Source: Candidatus Scalindua sp. (GTDB taxonomy: Bacteria > Planctomycetota > Brocadiia > Brocadiales > Scalinduaceae). From it: a stretch of 26,250 nt of DNA. Positions 1 to 7,687 of the stretch are shown here, in pieces. The translations under genes and the position numbers were made by a program. The DNA lies in contig JANLHC010000135.1 of assembly GCA_024654465.1 (NCBI GenBank), positions 1 to 26,250 of the forward strand, read 5' to 3'. Below the pieces are notes generated by a model. That model was not told where the DNA came from. It saw only the letters and a program-made list of their open reading frames with translations, and searched no databases. How positions within the stretch are numbered: the first letter of the stretch is position 1; each line of letters opens with the position of its first letter.

Positions 1-130
1 CAGATTCCCATGACTTGTTAATATCGTATGTATTCTTTTATATCGTGTGGTACACTTTTGCTTTGCCGCCTGGTACAATTTCCAATTGACATAACGAACT
101 ACTCAATTTTTTCAAGACATAGTTGCCAGC

Positions 131-970
131 TTGCAATTTGAATTTACTACTAAAATAGTTAATAAATTAAAGGAGATTCAGAACAAGAATAAATTTGACT
201 ACCTTTATTATTCGGGTGGCTGTGCCTTAAACATCCGAACAAATACTGCATTATCTGAATCAAATATTTTTAAAAATATTTTCATCCCACCATGTTGTGA
301 TGATACTGGTTTATCTATTGGAGCAGCAGCATTTTTTGAGTGGCATAAAAATAGAAATCCTATTAAAGTTCATTCCCCCTTTTTAAATAATTATAAAATT
401 GAACACAATGAATTCTCCTACTCAAAAAAGACAATTATAGAATTATCAAAATTACTCTTACAAAATAAAATCATAGGTATTTGCAACGGATTTGGTGAAG
501 TAGGTCCAAGAGGATTAGGAAATAGAAGCATAATTGCGCTACCATTTAGCAAAGAGTTAAAGAATAAAATAAGTATGCGAATGAAGGGCAGAGAATGGTA
601 TAGACCATTAGCACCTATAATGTTAGAAAAAAATGCTAAAGCAATTACAGGACTAAAGAAAATTTCCGTTGCTGCAAAATATATGTTGTATGAATTTAAA
701 ATTTTAAATTCTTATCAGCAGAAATTAGAAGGAATCATTCATATCAACGGAACGGCAAGAATTCAGATTCTTTTTGACGCAAAGGAATCCCCTTTTATGT
801 ATGACCTTCTATCCTACCTTGACAAGAAACATTCTGTGCCCTGTCTAATCAATACATCTTTTAATAAATGCAACGAACCAATAGTTCAAACTTCGGAAGA
901 TGCAATTAAATCAGCGAATGATTTAGGAATAGAATACTTGATTATTAATGGAAAAATTAAAAGGCTATAA
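131..970 (+). pseudogene. Carbamoyltransferase (NodU/CmcH family), C-terminal ~280 aa only; 5'-truncated remnant or broken gene
   Basis: The translation carries family motifs: YYSGGCALN, CCDDTGLSIGAA, GPRGLGNRSIIA, REWYRPLAP, INGTARIQ and INTSFN..EPIV. Family members are about twice this length. The frame is closed by an in-frame TAA about 35 nt upstream of 131, and none of the three frames in 1-130 looks like the missing N-domain. Confidence 0.6.
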
Positions 971-1047
971 CATGGAACTCAAATCAAATCTTCCAAAATA
1001 TATTGAGCTAGTAAAAAGCACAGGGTCAAACCTTGATTTGTACATAA

Positions 1048-1367
1048 ATGATAGTAATAGAAACGTTGGCTTTCACCCGAAGAGTGATGGCACTGTTACA
1101 GGACGACGAATACACAGCAATGCAATGGTTTTTAAGATTTAAGCCTGATGCTGGGGATATTATTCAACGCACGGGTGGAGCACGAAAAGTGCGGTGGCGA
1201 AAGAAAGGGCAAGGGAAAAGAGGAGGTCTGCGGGTTATATACTTTCACCATGTAGAGAAAGACACGATTTGTGGATGCTGGCTCTTTATGAGAAAAAAAC
1301 AAAAGAAGATTTATCAGAATCCGACAAGGCGGTTATCAAACAATTAATACAGGAGATTACAAAATGA
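1048..1367 (+). pseudogene. RelE/HigB-like type II toxin, frameshifted
   Basis: Frame 1 gives IETLAFTRRV..DDEYTAMQWFL..PDAGDIIQRTGGARKVRWRKKGQGKRGGLRVIYFHHVEKDTI. The conserved C-terminus LWMLALYEKKTKEDLSESDKAVIKQLIQEITK* continues in frame 3 and ends in an ATGA overlap with the next gene. Deleting one TG from 'tttgtgg' (1270-1273) restores one ORF. Confidence 0.75.
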
Positions 1368-1649
1368 CAAAGAAAAGCGATTTGCTTGATATTGATCTGC
1401 ATGAAGAACTGGCTACTATCCGTGCACAAAAGGCCGAAAAGAATGTACTACGCAAAAAAACTCAAAGACCCATCAAATGTGGCAACAATAAGGCACCGTC
1501 TGGGCCTGACACAGGAAGCATTTTCGGGTTTGTTGGGAATATCCGTCCAAACACTTCGTAATTGGGAGCAAGGGACTAGAGAACCGCGCGGACCAGCAAT
1601 GGCATTATTGCGCATTGTAGAGAAAAACCCAAATGTACTTTTCTCCTGA
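1364..1649 (+). pseudogene. XRE/HigA-like HTH antitoxin, frameshifted in an A7 tract
   Basis: The N-terminal part MTKKSDLLDIDLHEELATIRAQKAEKNVLRKK is in frame 2. The HTH part LKDPSNVATIRHRLGLTQEAFSGLLGISVQTLRNWEQGTREPRGPAMALLRIVEKNP is in frame 3. The switch occurs at the A7 run 1454-1460, and 6 As would give one continuous ORF. Confidence 0.75.
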
Positions 1650-1835
1650 TATTGGTATCGTTTCCGGGGCCAGGCTTTCATAACTTAATTATCGACAAAT
1701 AGGAAGGATTTATTATTTTGGCAAATAATGATTTTAAAACTTGTTTCTGAAAAAACAGCTTGAAATGCCATAGCGTCAAAAACTATAATTTTTCAATTTT
1801 AATTCCATCATTAATCTTTTTTTTGTCAGTGCCAG

Positions 1836-1925
1836 AATAGCTCCTGAACTTAATTCAGGACCTTAGGTTTTTTAAATCCTTTACGAGTCTTGATAATATA
1901 ATGACCGTCAATAATACCAACGATT
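1836..1925. repeat. Repeat copy A (3' end of the small membrane-protein gene plus 14 nt beyond its stop)
   Basis: About 90 nt, near-identical to 2955-3044 (aatagctcctgaacttaattcaggacctt.ggtttttt..aaa.cc...gagtct....aatataatgacc.tcaataataccaa.gatt). It contains the hairpin tcctgaa-N5-ttcagga spanning the stop codon. Confidence 0.85.
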
Positions 1926-2164
1926 GTATACATGCTCTTATTCTCCTTCTCTAATTCTACCGGCTCCAGTTGTGGTTCACTTTTTTCTTCAACGATTTCA
2001 GGTTTACGATATACATGATTTTTATTCATATTGTGAAATATTTTCATAAATCCAAATCGAAAGATCAATCCGGCACATACAACCAAACCTACAAAAATTA
2101 ATATATACTTAAACGGAATGCTTTTGATTTTTCCACATTCACCAATTATCATTGAACGATACAT
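1850..2164 (-). CDS. Small single-pass membrane protein, unknown function (paralogue A)
   Basis: 104-aa ORF with one hydrophobic helix (YILIFVGLVVCAGLIFRFGF), an acidic linker and the C-terminal motif IVGIIDGHYIIKTRKGFKKPKVLN. A paralogue lies at 2969-3284. Confidence 0.6.
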   Translation of the reverse strand: MYRSMIIGECGKIKSIPFKYILIFVGLVVCAGLIFRFGFMKIFHNMNKNHVYRKPEIVEEKSEPQLEPVELEKENKSMYTIVGIIDGHYIIKTRKGFKKPKVLN

Positions 2165-2335
2165 TCCAAAGACCTTTTTGATCTTGTTTTATTCTTTTTG
2201 TCTTAAAGCATTCATCACCTGACTATAATGGTGCCAGGATTTTAATTTTATCTTTGGAAGTATGCTTGACGGCGGAAAGGATAAATGGTAAAAGACTTAT
2301 GTTTAATTGATATTATTTGCAAGGAGCATACGACT

Positions 2336-2545
2336 ATGAGTATTGCAGAAAGAATTAATATAACTGTAAAAAGATTGCCGGAATTAAAGCAAATAGAAGT
2401 TCTCGATTTTGTTGAATATCTGCAATCACGAACTGAGAAAGAAGAGTATAAAGAATGGAATGATCTTTCACTTTCGTCTGCAATGCGTGGGATGGAAGAC
2501 GAACATTCCCCTTATTCTACAAATGATCTAAAAGAATGTTTTTAA
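2336..2545 (+). CDS. DUF2281-like antitoxin partner of MazF/PemK
   Basis: MSIAERINITVKRLPELKQIEVLDFVEYLQ... is typical of the short antitoxin found upstream of PemK toxins. An AGGAG lies 8 nt upstream of the ATG at 2336, so the ORF-track start at 2285 is probably an N-terminal over-extension. The stop overlaps the toxin start (TAATG). Confidence 0.7.
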   Translation: MSIAERINITVKRLPELKQIEVLDFVEYLQSRTEKEEYKEWNDLSLSSAMRGMEDEHSPYSTNDLKECF

Positions 2546-2892
2546 TGATTTCTGAAGGCCAAATTGTTCTATTCAAATTTCCTCAAACTGATCAAAAAGA
2601 AGGAAAACGACGACCAGCTCTTATATTACGTGAACTGCCAGGGAAATTTAACGACTGGCTTGTTTGCATGATATCCTCAAAAGTTGACCAACAAATCCTT
2701 GAGCTAGATGAACTTATTACTTCTGATGCTGCTGATTTTCTACAAACTGGATTAAAAGCACCAAGCGTCATTAGAACCAGCAGGCTTGCCGTTGTAGACG
2801 GGAATATACTTCTCGGGAAATTAGGTCAAATTAATACGGAACGGTTAAACAACATCAGACAAAAATTATCGAAATGGATTATTAAAGAATAA
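2545..2892 (+). CDS. mazF: PemK/MazF-family type II toxin (endoribonuclease)
   Basis: Family pattern GQIVLFKFPQTD...GKRRPALIL....DWLVCMISS......DELI.......GLKAPSVIRTSRLAVVD..ILLGKLGQI. The gene is coupled to the upstream antitoxin. Confidence 0.85.
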   Translation: MISEGQIVLFKFPQTDQKEGKRRPALILRELPGKFNDWLVCMISSKVDQQILELDELITSDAADFLQTGLKAPSVIRTSRLAVVDGNILLGKLGQINTERLNNIRQKLSKWIIKE

Positions 2893-2954
2893 CAAATACA
2901 AAACTATAGTTTATCAATTCTTATTTCATCACGTACATTTTTCTTATTTGATTC

Positions 2955-3044
2955 AATAGCTCCTGAACTTAATTCAGGACCTTCGGTTTTTTTAAACCCT
3001 TAGGAGTCTGAACAATATAATGACCATCAATAATACCAATGATT
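2955..3044. repeat. Repeat copy B
   Basis: Matches 1836-1925. Weaker similarity continues across the whole gene and into its 5' leader (about 3285-3340 versus about 2165-2215). Confidence 0.85.
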
Positions 3045-3284
3045 CTAAATTTATTATCAGATAGAACAATTACCATTTCTTCAAGAACTGGTAATAAAGC
3101 AGCTTCAACTTTAACTTCTGTTTTGGATTTACCCATACCAAGAATAACATTTAAACATCACTCCTCCCCGGACAAAAAGCGCCGAGGACTTTGCAAGACT
3201 GATAATTACAACAAACATAATAATATATTTCAGCACTGCACTATTAATCTTTTCAGCTTCTTTCTCTATCATTGACCTGTACAA
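2969..3284 (-). pseudogene. Paralogue B of the small membrane protein, split by a -1 frameshift
   Basis: The N-part runs 3284(TTG)/3272(ATG)..3129: LYRSMIEKEAEKINSAVLKYIIMFVVIISLAKSS...WYG*. The C-part runs 3136..2969: MGKSKTEVKVEAALLPVLEEMVIVLSDNKFRIIGIIDGHYIVQTPKGLKKPKVLN*. Together they are collinear with the 104-aa paralogue A. The ORF-track extension up to 3434 has no counterpart in copy A, where the equivalent leader contains a stop. Confidence 0.65.
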
Positions 3285-3638
3285 GCTGAAAACTTTATTG
3301 TCTTTCTTTATTCGCTTCGTCTTGTAACAATCCTTACCAGCATAAAATTTATAAGTAAAAAGATTTCCAATAGACTTAGTTCTTTGTACTGCAACAATAT
3401 GGTACTCAGCTAAGCACCATAACCCTCTCTCCAAATTGACGCCAACTCCAGCAGAAGTGACAGTAACCAGACGAAATTAACATAAAACAGTTGAAAGCCT
3501 TAAGCCATTTTGGTATAAGGTGTGATATTCGTTACAGAATCTATATCAGGCTGTTATAAGAATTGCAGAACAAAGCACACGTGATCAGCCATATAAGCAC
3601 CAGATTTTAACTTTCTAACAAAATATCCTAAAATAAAT

Positions 3639-4664
3639 ATGCGTGTAGCAATGTATTACAGTAACAGTGACATTAGAGTAGAAGAGATGCCAACACCGCA
3701 GATTGGCCGGGGTGAGATATTATTGAAATCACTGGCCTGTGGTATCTGTGGCAGTGACGTAATGGAATGGTATCGTATCCACAAAGCGCCACTTGTGCTA
3801 GGCCACGAGGCAACCGGTGAGATTGTTGAAATCGGAGAGGATGTTAAACAATTTAATATAGGAGACAGAGTCTTTGTATCACACCATGTTCCCTGTAATA
3901 CATGTCATTATTGCTTAAATGGCAACCACACTGTATGCGATACCTTGCGTAGTACGAATTTTGATCCCGGAGGCTTTGCTGAATATGTACGAGTACCGGA
4001 AATCAATGTAGACAGAGGAGTCTTTGTACTTCCTGATAATATGCCACTGGAAGATGGAACGTTCATTGAGCCATTGGCTTGTGTAGTTCGTGGCCAGAGA
4101 GCAGCTCGCATTGAACCCGGCCAAACTGTTGTTGTTATCGGTAGCGGAATGTCAGGGCTTCTGCACATTTTACTTGCTCGATCACTGGGAGCCGGGAAAA
4201 TAATTGCTACTGATGTAAGTGAATATCGTATGGAGATGGCAAGGAAATTTGGAGCAGATTCTGTCATCTCTGCTCATGACGACCTACCTTCACATCTTCT
4301 CAAACTGAACAGTAACAGGCTTGCAGATCGTGTGATTGTAACAGCCGGAGCAGACTCTGCTTTAGATACAGCGCTAAAATCTGTAGACCGTGGTGGCACT
4401 ATCCTGTACTTTGCGCCTGGTGGCCCGGAAACTTGTCTTTCCGTACCGCTTAATGATTTCTGGAAAAACTGTATAACCTTATTGCCAACGTACGGTGCCA
4501 GCCCTCTTGACATAGAGGTGGCAATTGAGTTGATTAGTTCCCAGCGTGTTCCTGTGCAAGAGATGATCACTCATCGTTTAGGCCTGGCAGAAGCAGTACA
4601 GGGCTTTAAGCTGGTTACTGAAGCTAAAGAGTCTATAAAAGTGGTTATTGAACCTCATAAATGA
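3639..4664 (+). CDS. Zn-dependent alcohol/polyol dehydrogenase (MDR superfamily, threonine/sorbitol-DH-like)
   Basis: Catalytic Zn motif GICGSD...GHE.TG. Structural Zn cluster PCNTCHYCLNGNHTVC. Rossmann motif VIGSGMSGL. Confidence 0.9.
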   Translation: MRVAMYYSNSDIRVEEMPTPQIGRGEILLKSLACGICGSDVMEWYRIHKAPLVLGHEATGEIVEIGEDVKQFNIGDRVFVSHHVPCNTCHYCLNGNHTVCDTLRSTNFDPGGFAEYVRVPEINVDRGVFVLPDNMPLEDGTFIEPLACVVRGQRAARIEPGQTVVVIGSGMSGLLHILLARSLGAGKIIATDVSEYRMEMARKFGADSVISAHDDLPSHLLKLNSNRLADRVIVTAGADSALDTALKSVDRGGTILYFAPGGPETCLSVPLNDFWKNCITLLPTYGASPLDIEVAIELISSQRVPVQEMITHRLGLAEAVQGFKLVTEAKESIKVVIEPHK

Positions 4665-4721
4665 GTATCTTCCAACAATTACTACCTTCAAAATTTCAAT
4701 AAAATTCTTCCCATAAAATAG

Positions 4722-4862
4722 ATGAAACCTGTTCGTTTATTCGCTGACAAAATTAAAGATAACCTGCGTACAGATATAATAGGCAGGGAAGTAATTACAC
4801 TTGAGCGCACAGCATCTACAATGGACGCAATAAGAAGTTTAAAATTGAACATACTATTATGA
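4722..4862 (+). pseudogene. Possible remnant of a biotin-protein ligase (BirA-like) N-terminal segment, 46 codons
   Basis: An unlisted short ORF translates as MKPVRLFADKIKDNLRTDIIGREVITLERTASTMDAIRSLKLNILL*. The segment 'IG..vi.le...ST.d' resembles the start of the BirA catalytic domain. It then stops where the convergent gene ends. Confidence 0.25.
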
Positions 4863-4863
4863 A

Positions 4864-5433
4864 TCACCACACATCATCTACTTTTGTATCCTCGTAGTTT
4901 ATTAAACCCGCATCAAGCTGTTTTTCTACACTTTCCAGCTTTGTCTCTAATTTATTAATTTGTTTTGTCAGATCCTTATAGACAATGAAACCTAGAATTA
5001 ACAATAACACGGTATATACAATTACAAATGCCGTTGCGGGACTATCTTTTTGTGTTGTTTCACGAGGTTTGGCATGATGAGCATAGACATCCTTACCCAA
5101 AACAGCCTTTCGATTTGCCTCTGATATGTCGCTGGATACAAAAGGTTTTTCTTCCTGCCGTCTGTAGGGCTCTGCTACTTTAACAGGCTCGTAAATCTTG
5201 TTTTCCTGTGGTTTAGACGTATCTGATATATCAATAGGTTTGTATGCTTTTTCTTCCTGCTTTTCTTCCTGCTTTACAACTGTTTCTTTATTATCTATTA
5301 CCGGATCAGACGGATTTTCTATCTGTTTCTTTTGACCAGCAATATCGCTCTTCTGATCCACAGTGTTTTCTTTTTTATCATTTCCCTTTAACCACTCAAA
5401 TGGATCCGATCCAAGTACACTTTTCTTTTGCAC
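4864..5433 (-). CDS. Hypothetical membrane-anchored coiled-coil protein downstream of ParA
   Basis: 189-aa ORF. It has a Lys/Glu-rich low-complexity N-terminal region starting MQKKSVLGSDPFEWLKG, one TM helix (AFVIVYTVLLLILGFIVY) and a C-terminal heptad-like segment (KQINKLETKLESVEKQLD). Confidence 0.6.
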   Translation of the reverse strand: MQKKSVLGSDPFEWLKGNDKKENTVDQKSDIAGQKKQIENPSDPVIDNKETVVKQEEKQEEKAYKPIDISDTSKPQENKIYEPVKVAEPYRRQEEKPFVSSDISEANRKAVLGKDVYAHHAKPRETTQKDSPATAFVIVYTVLLLILGFIVYKDLTKQINKLETKLESVEKQLDAGLINYEDTKVDDVW

Positions 5434-5572
5434 AAATCTTTCCTTTTAGTAATAAATATCACCAAAATTCTATAATCTACAAATTAACAAATACGGTTAG
5501 TTTAATCTACGGCTTGAAATTGCATTATCCGGAAGCACGTTTTCTAAATATTTACATCGCCCCTTTGAGATA

Positions 5573-6334
5573 CTATTTCTCCTGAGCAATTATTTCTTTA
5601 GTTAACGCCTCGTAATCCTGTGCGCCATTAGAGTCCGGAGCATATGCTGTAATTGGCATACCATGACTTGTTGATTCTGAGAGTTTAATATTTTTTCTAA
5701 TTGTCGTGACAAATACCTTATCTGCAAAATATTCTTTGATCTTGTCAAGCACTGCCTGCCCCAACTTGGTCCTGCTATCGTACATACAAGGTATTATACC
5801 TGTAATCTCTAACTTGCTGTTCAGCCGTTTCTTAATAACATCAAAAGTTTGTATCAGCTTACTTACACCCTGTAAAGCAAAAAACTCAGTCTGCAAAGGA
5901 ATAAAAATTTCGTTAGCAACGGTAAGTGCGTTCAGGGTTAGAAGTCCTAAAGACGGTGGACAGTCAATTAAAACATAATCATACGAGCCTAACATCTCTC
6001 CGATATAGAACTTAACTATCGTTTCACGCCCTACTGTGCTGACAAGCTCTACCTCTGCACTTGCAAGATCAATGTCGGAAGGGATAATATCCAGACCACT
6101 AATGGCTGTTTTTGTTAATACTTCAGAAACAGTCTTTTTACCGCACATAAGCTCATAAATAGATGAATCTTTTCCCTGAACATTAATTCCGAAATGAATG
6201 CTCAAATTGGCTTGAGGATCGAGGTCGATCAGAAGTACCTTTTTACCAAGCGCAGCCAGGCATGCTCCAACATTTGCAGTCGAAGTCGTTTTTCCCACCC
6301 CACCTTTTTGATTTATGAACGCAATACTACGCAT
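5573..6334 (-). CDS. parA: ParA/Soj-family P-loop ATPase
   Basis: Deviant Walker A with the signature lysine (NQKGGVGKTTS). Also LLIDLDPQANLS and VLIDCPPSLG. The 253-aa length is typical of Soj. Confidence 0.9.
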   Translation of the reverse strand: MRSIAFINQKGGVGKTTSTANVGACLAALGKKVLLIDLDPQANLSIHFGINVQGKDSSIYELMCGKKTVSEVLTKTAISGLDIIPSDIDLASAEVELVSTVGRETIVKFYIGEMLGSYDYVLIDCPPSLGLLTLNALTVANEIFIPLQTEFFALQGVSKLIQTFDVIKKRLNSKLEITGIIPCMYDSRTKLGQAVLDKIKEYFADKVFVTTIRKNIKLSESTSHGMPITAYAPDSNGAQDYEALTKEIIAQEK

Positions 6335-6665
6335 TTTGACCTTCTTTGATTTGTATTTTTGTAGTATGTATTAGGCTGATAGTGAAAAGTCTATCCATAC
6401 AAAATATAGTTGTCAAGTATATTTATATAAAAAACTAGTACTAATTATTATAGAAAGTCCTGTGATTTTAGAGACTTATACATTATTGCCAGTCATGTGC
6501 AACCTCATTCCACAGTTCTTTTTGCCTGTACATACATCGAAAAGACACGCATTAGCAACGCTTTGCACTCTGGTTTCAAATACCTTCCGTTTGGAATGCA
6601 TATATATTATTGCTAACGATAATCATCTATACCAGTTTACAACGTAAATTGTCATAAGATTGTTA

Positions 6666-6694
6666 TTGACATATCGATATAAGTTTGTTATTTT
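6666..6694 (+). promoter_or_regulatory. Candidate sigma70-type promoter for the ACP operon, with a palindrome in the spacer
   Basis: TTGACA (6666-6671), a 17-nt spacer, then TATTTT (6689-6694). The perfect 10-bp palindrome ATATCGATAT lies at 6671-6680. Confidence 0.3.
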
Positions 6695-6855
6695 GCCCTT
6701 TTCGATAGTTTTCATTTTATCGTAATCAAGTACCATCAATACTTTTAGACCAATAATTTTTACAGAAAGCAACTTCATAATACCCGATTGATAATTTTTT
6801 GATTGGTGTTTTGTGTATAGTTATATTTCTGGTTGTTTATTAGGGAGGTAAGATA

Positions 6856-7110
6856 TTGCCTGTAGAGAACTTAGAGAAAGATATTACTGCTATTGTAGCG
6901 GAAGTAACCGAGCTGGATGAGAATGAAATATGGGAGAAAAGAGATGCCGATTTTTTTAAGGATTTGGAGATTGATTCCTTATTAGCACTGGAAATTCTTG
7001 CCCTGATAGAAAAGAAATTCAAGGTTCAAATTCCGGAAGAAAAACTCGTAGACATCACATCATTGAATGCAACAATTGAAATGACCAGGTCTACACTTGA
7101 AGGAAAATAG
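6856..7110 (+). CDS. Acyl carrier protein (dedicated, cluster-associated)
   Basis: Phosphopantetheine-attachment motif DLEIDSLLALEIL and the 84-aa size fit an ACP. The TTG start is preceded by GGGAGG 8 nt upstream, with an in-frame TAG at 6841. Confidence 0.85.
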   Translation: MPVENLEKDITAIVAEVTELDENEIWEKRDADFFKDLEIDSLLALEILALIEKKFKVQIPEEKLVDITSLNATIEMTRSTLEGK

Positions 7111-7208
7111 TAAAAAGCTTGTAACGCTTCTTAAACATCTATATGCCTATACACGAACGATAAAAGTGGATATGCAGTGACTATTACATAGAACGAAAGG
7201 TTTTTTTA

Positions 7209-7658
7209 ATGTTGAACTTTGAGGAAGTAAGAGAGCTGGTTCCTCAAAAATACCCTTTCTTATTTATTGATAAAGTTATTGAGCTTCAAAAAGAGAGCAG
7301 GATTGTTTGTCTAAAAAACATCTCTGGTAATGAGCCTTTCTTCGCGGGACACTTCCCTGATTTTGCCATAATGCCTGGAGTTCTCATTGTAGAAGCTCTG
7401 GCGCAAGCCTCGATTATCCTCTTCAAAAAGAGCTTTGACACTGAGCAGTATAAAGATAAAGTCTTTTTGTTGGCTTCCGCAAACGTGCGTTTTTCAAAAC
7501 CTGTTTTTCCTGGCGACCAGCTAACTCTGGAAATTGATATAGAAAAGGTCATTTCCAGTGCGGCAATAGTTAAGGGAGTGGCCAAAGTGGGAGGCAAAGT
7601 TGTAACAAAAGCAACTTTGAGCTTTGGCGTTGCAAACAAAGATTCATTAACCGGATGA
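7209..7658 (+). CDS. fabZ: 3-hydroxyacyl-ACP dehydratase, FabZ type
   Basis: PFLFIDKV..., the hot-dog fold catalytic His in FFAGHFP, PGVLIVEALAQ with the catalytic Glu, and a length of 149 aa. Confidence 0.9.
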   Translation: MLNFEEVRELVPQKYPFLFIDKVIELQKESRIVCLKNISGNEPFFAGHFPDFAIMPGVLIVEALAQASIILFKKSFDTEQYKDKVFLLASANVRFSKPVFPGDQLTLEIDIEKVISSAAIVKGVAKVGGKVVTKATLSFGVANKDSLTG

Positions 7659-7687
7659 AAGTATTAGTATTTGTAAAGTAAACAACC

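Noticed and set aside
948-1142. 64-aa ORF overlapping the end of the carbamoyltransferase and the start of the toxin gene
   Set aside because: It has no recognisable motifs and overlaps two better-supported reading frames. It is most likely a chance ORF.
1836-3044. Possibility that the repeated hairpin-containing segments are integron attC sites and the TA genes are cassettes
   Set aside because: There are no GTTRRRY/RYYYAAC core sites and no bipartite imperfect attC stem with extrahelical bases. No intI gene is present. The repeat is mostly the coding 3' end of a paralogous gene.
3908-4570. Antisense ORFs inside the alcohol dehydrogenase gene; similar antisense or shadow ORFs occur at 7286-7857, 8962-9513, 10335-11505, 11906-12929, 14358-14825, 16186-18347, 19469-19699, 20891-21136, 22184-22519 and 25188-25992
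   Set aside because: Each lies opposite or out of frame to a gene with clear family motifs. None has motifs of its own, so they are treated as shadow ORFs.
6462-6647. 61-aa ORF in the parA/ACP intergenic region
   Set aside because: It has a non-ATG start, no RBS and a composition typical of translated AT-rich non-coding DNA. A weak 7-bp inverted repeat (ttagcaa/ttgctaa) in this region was too weak to call an ncRNA.
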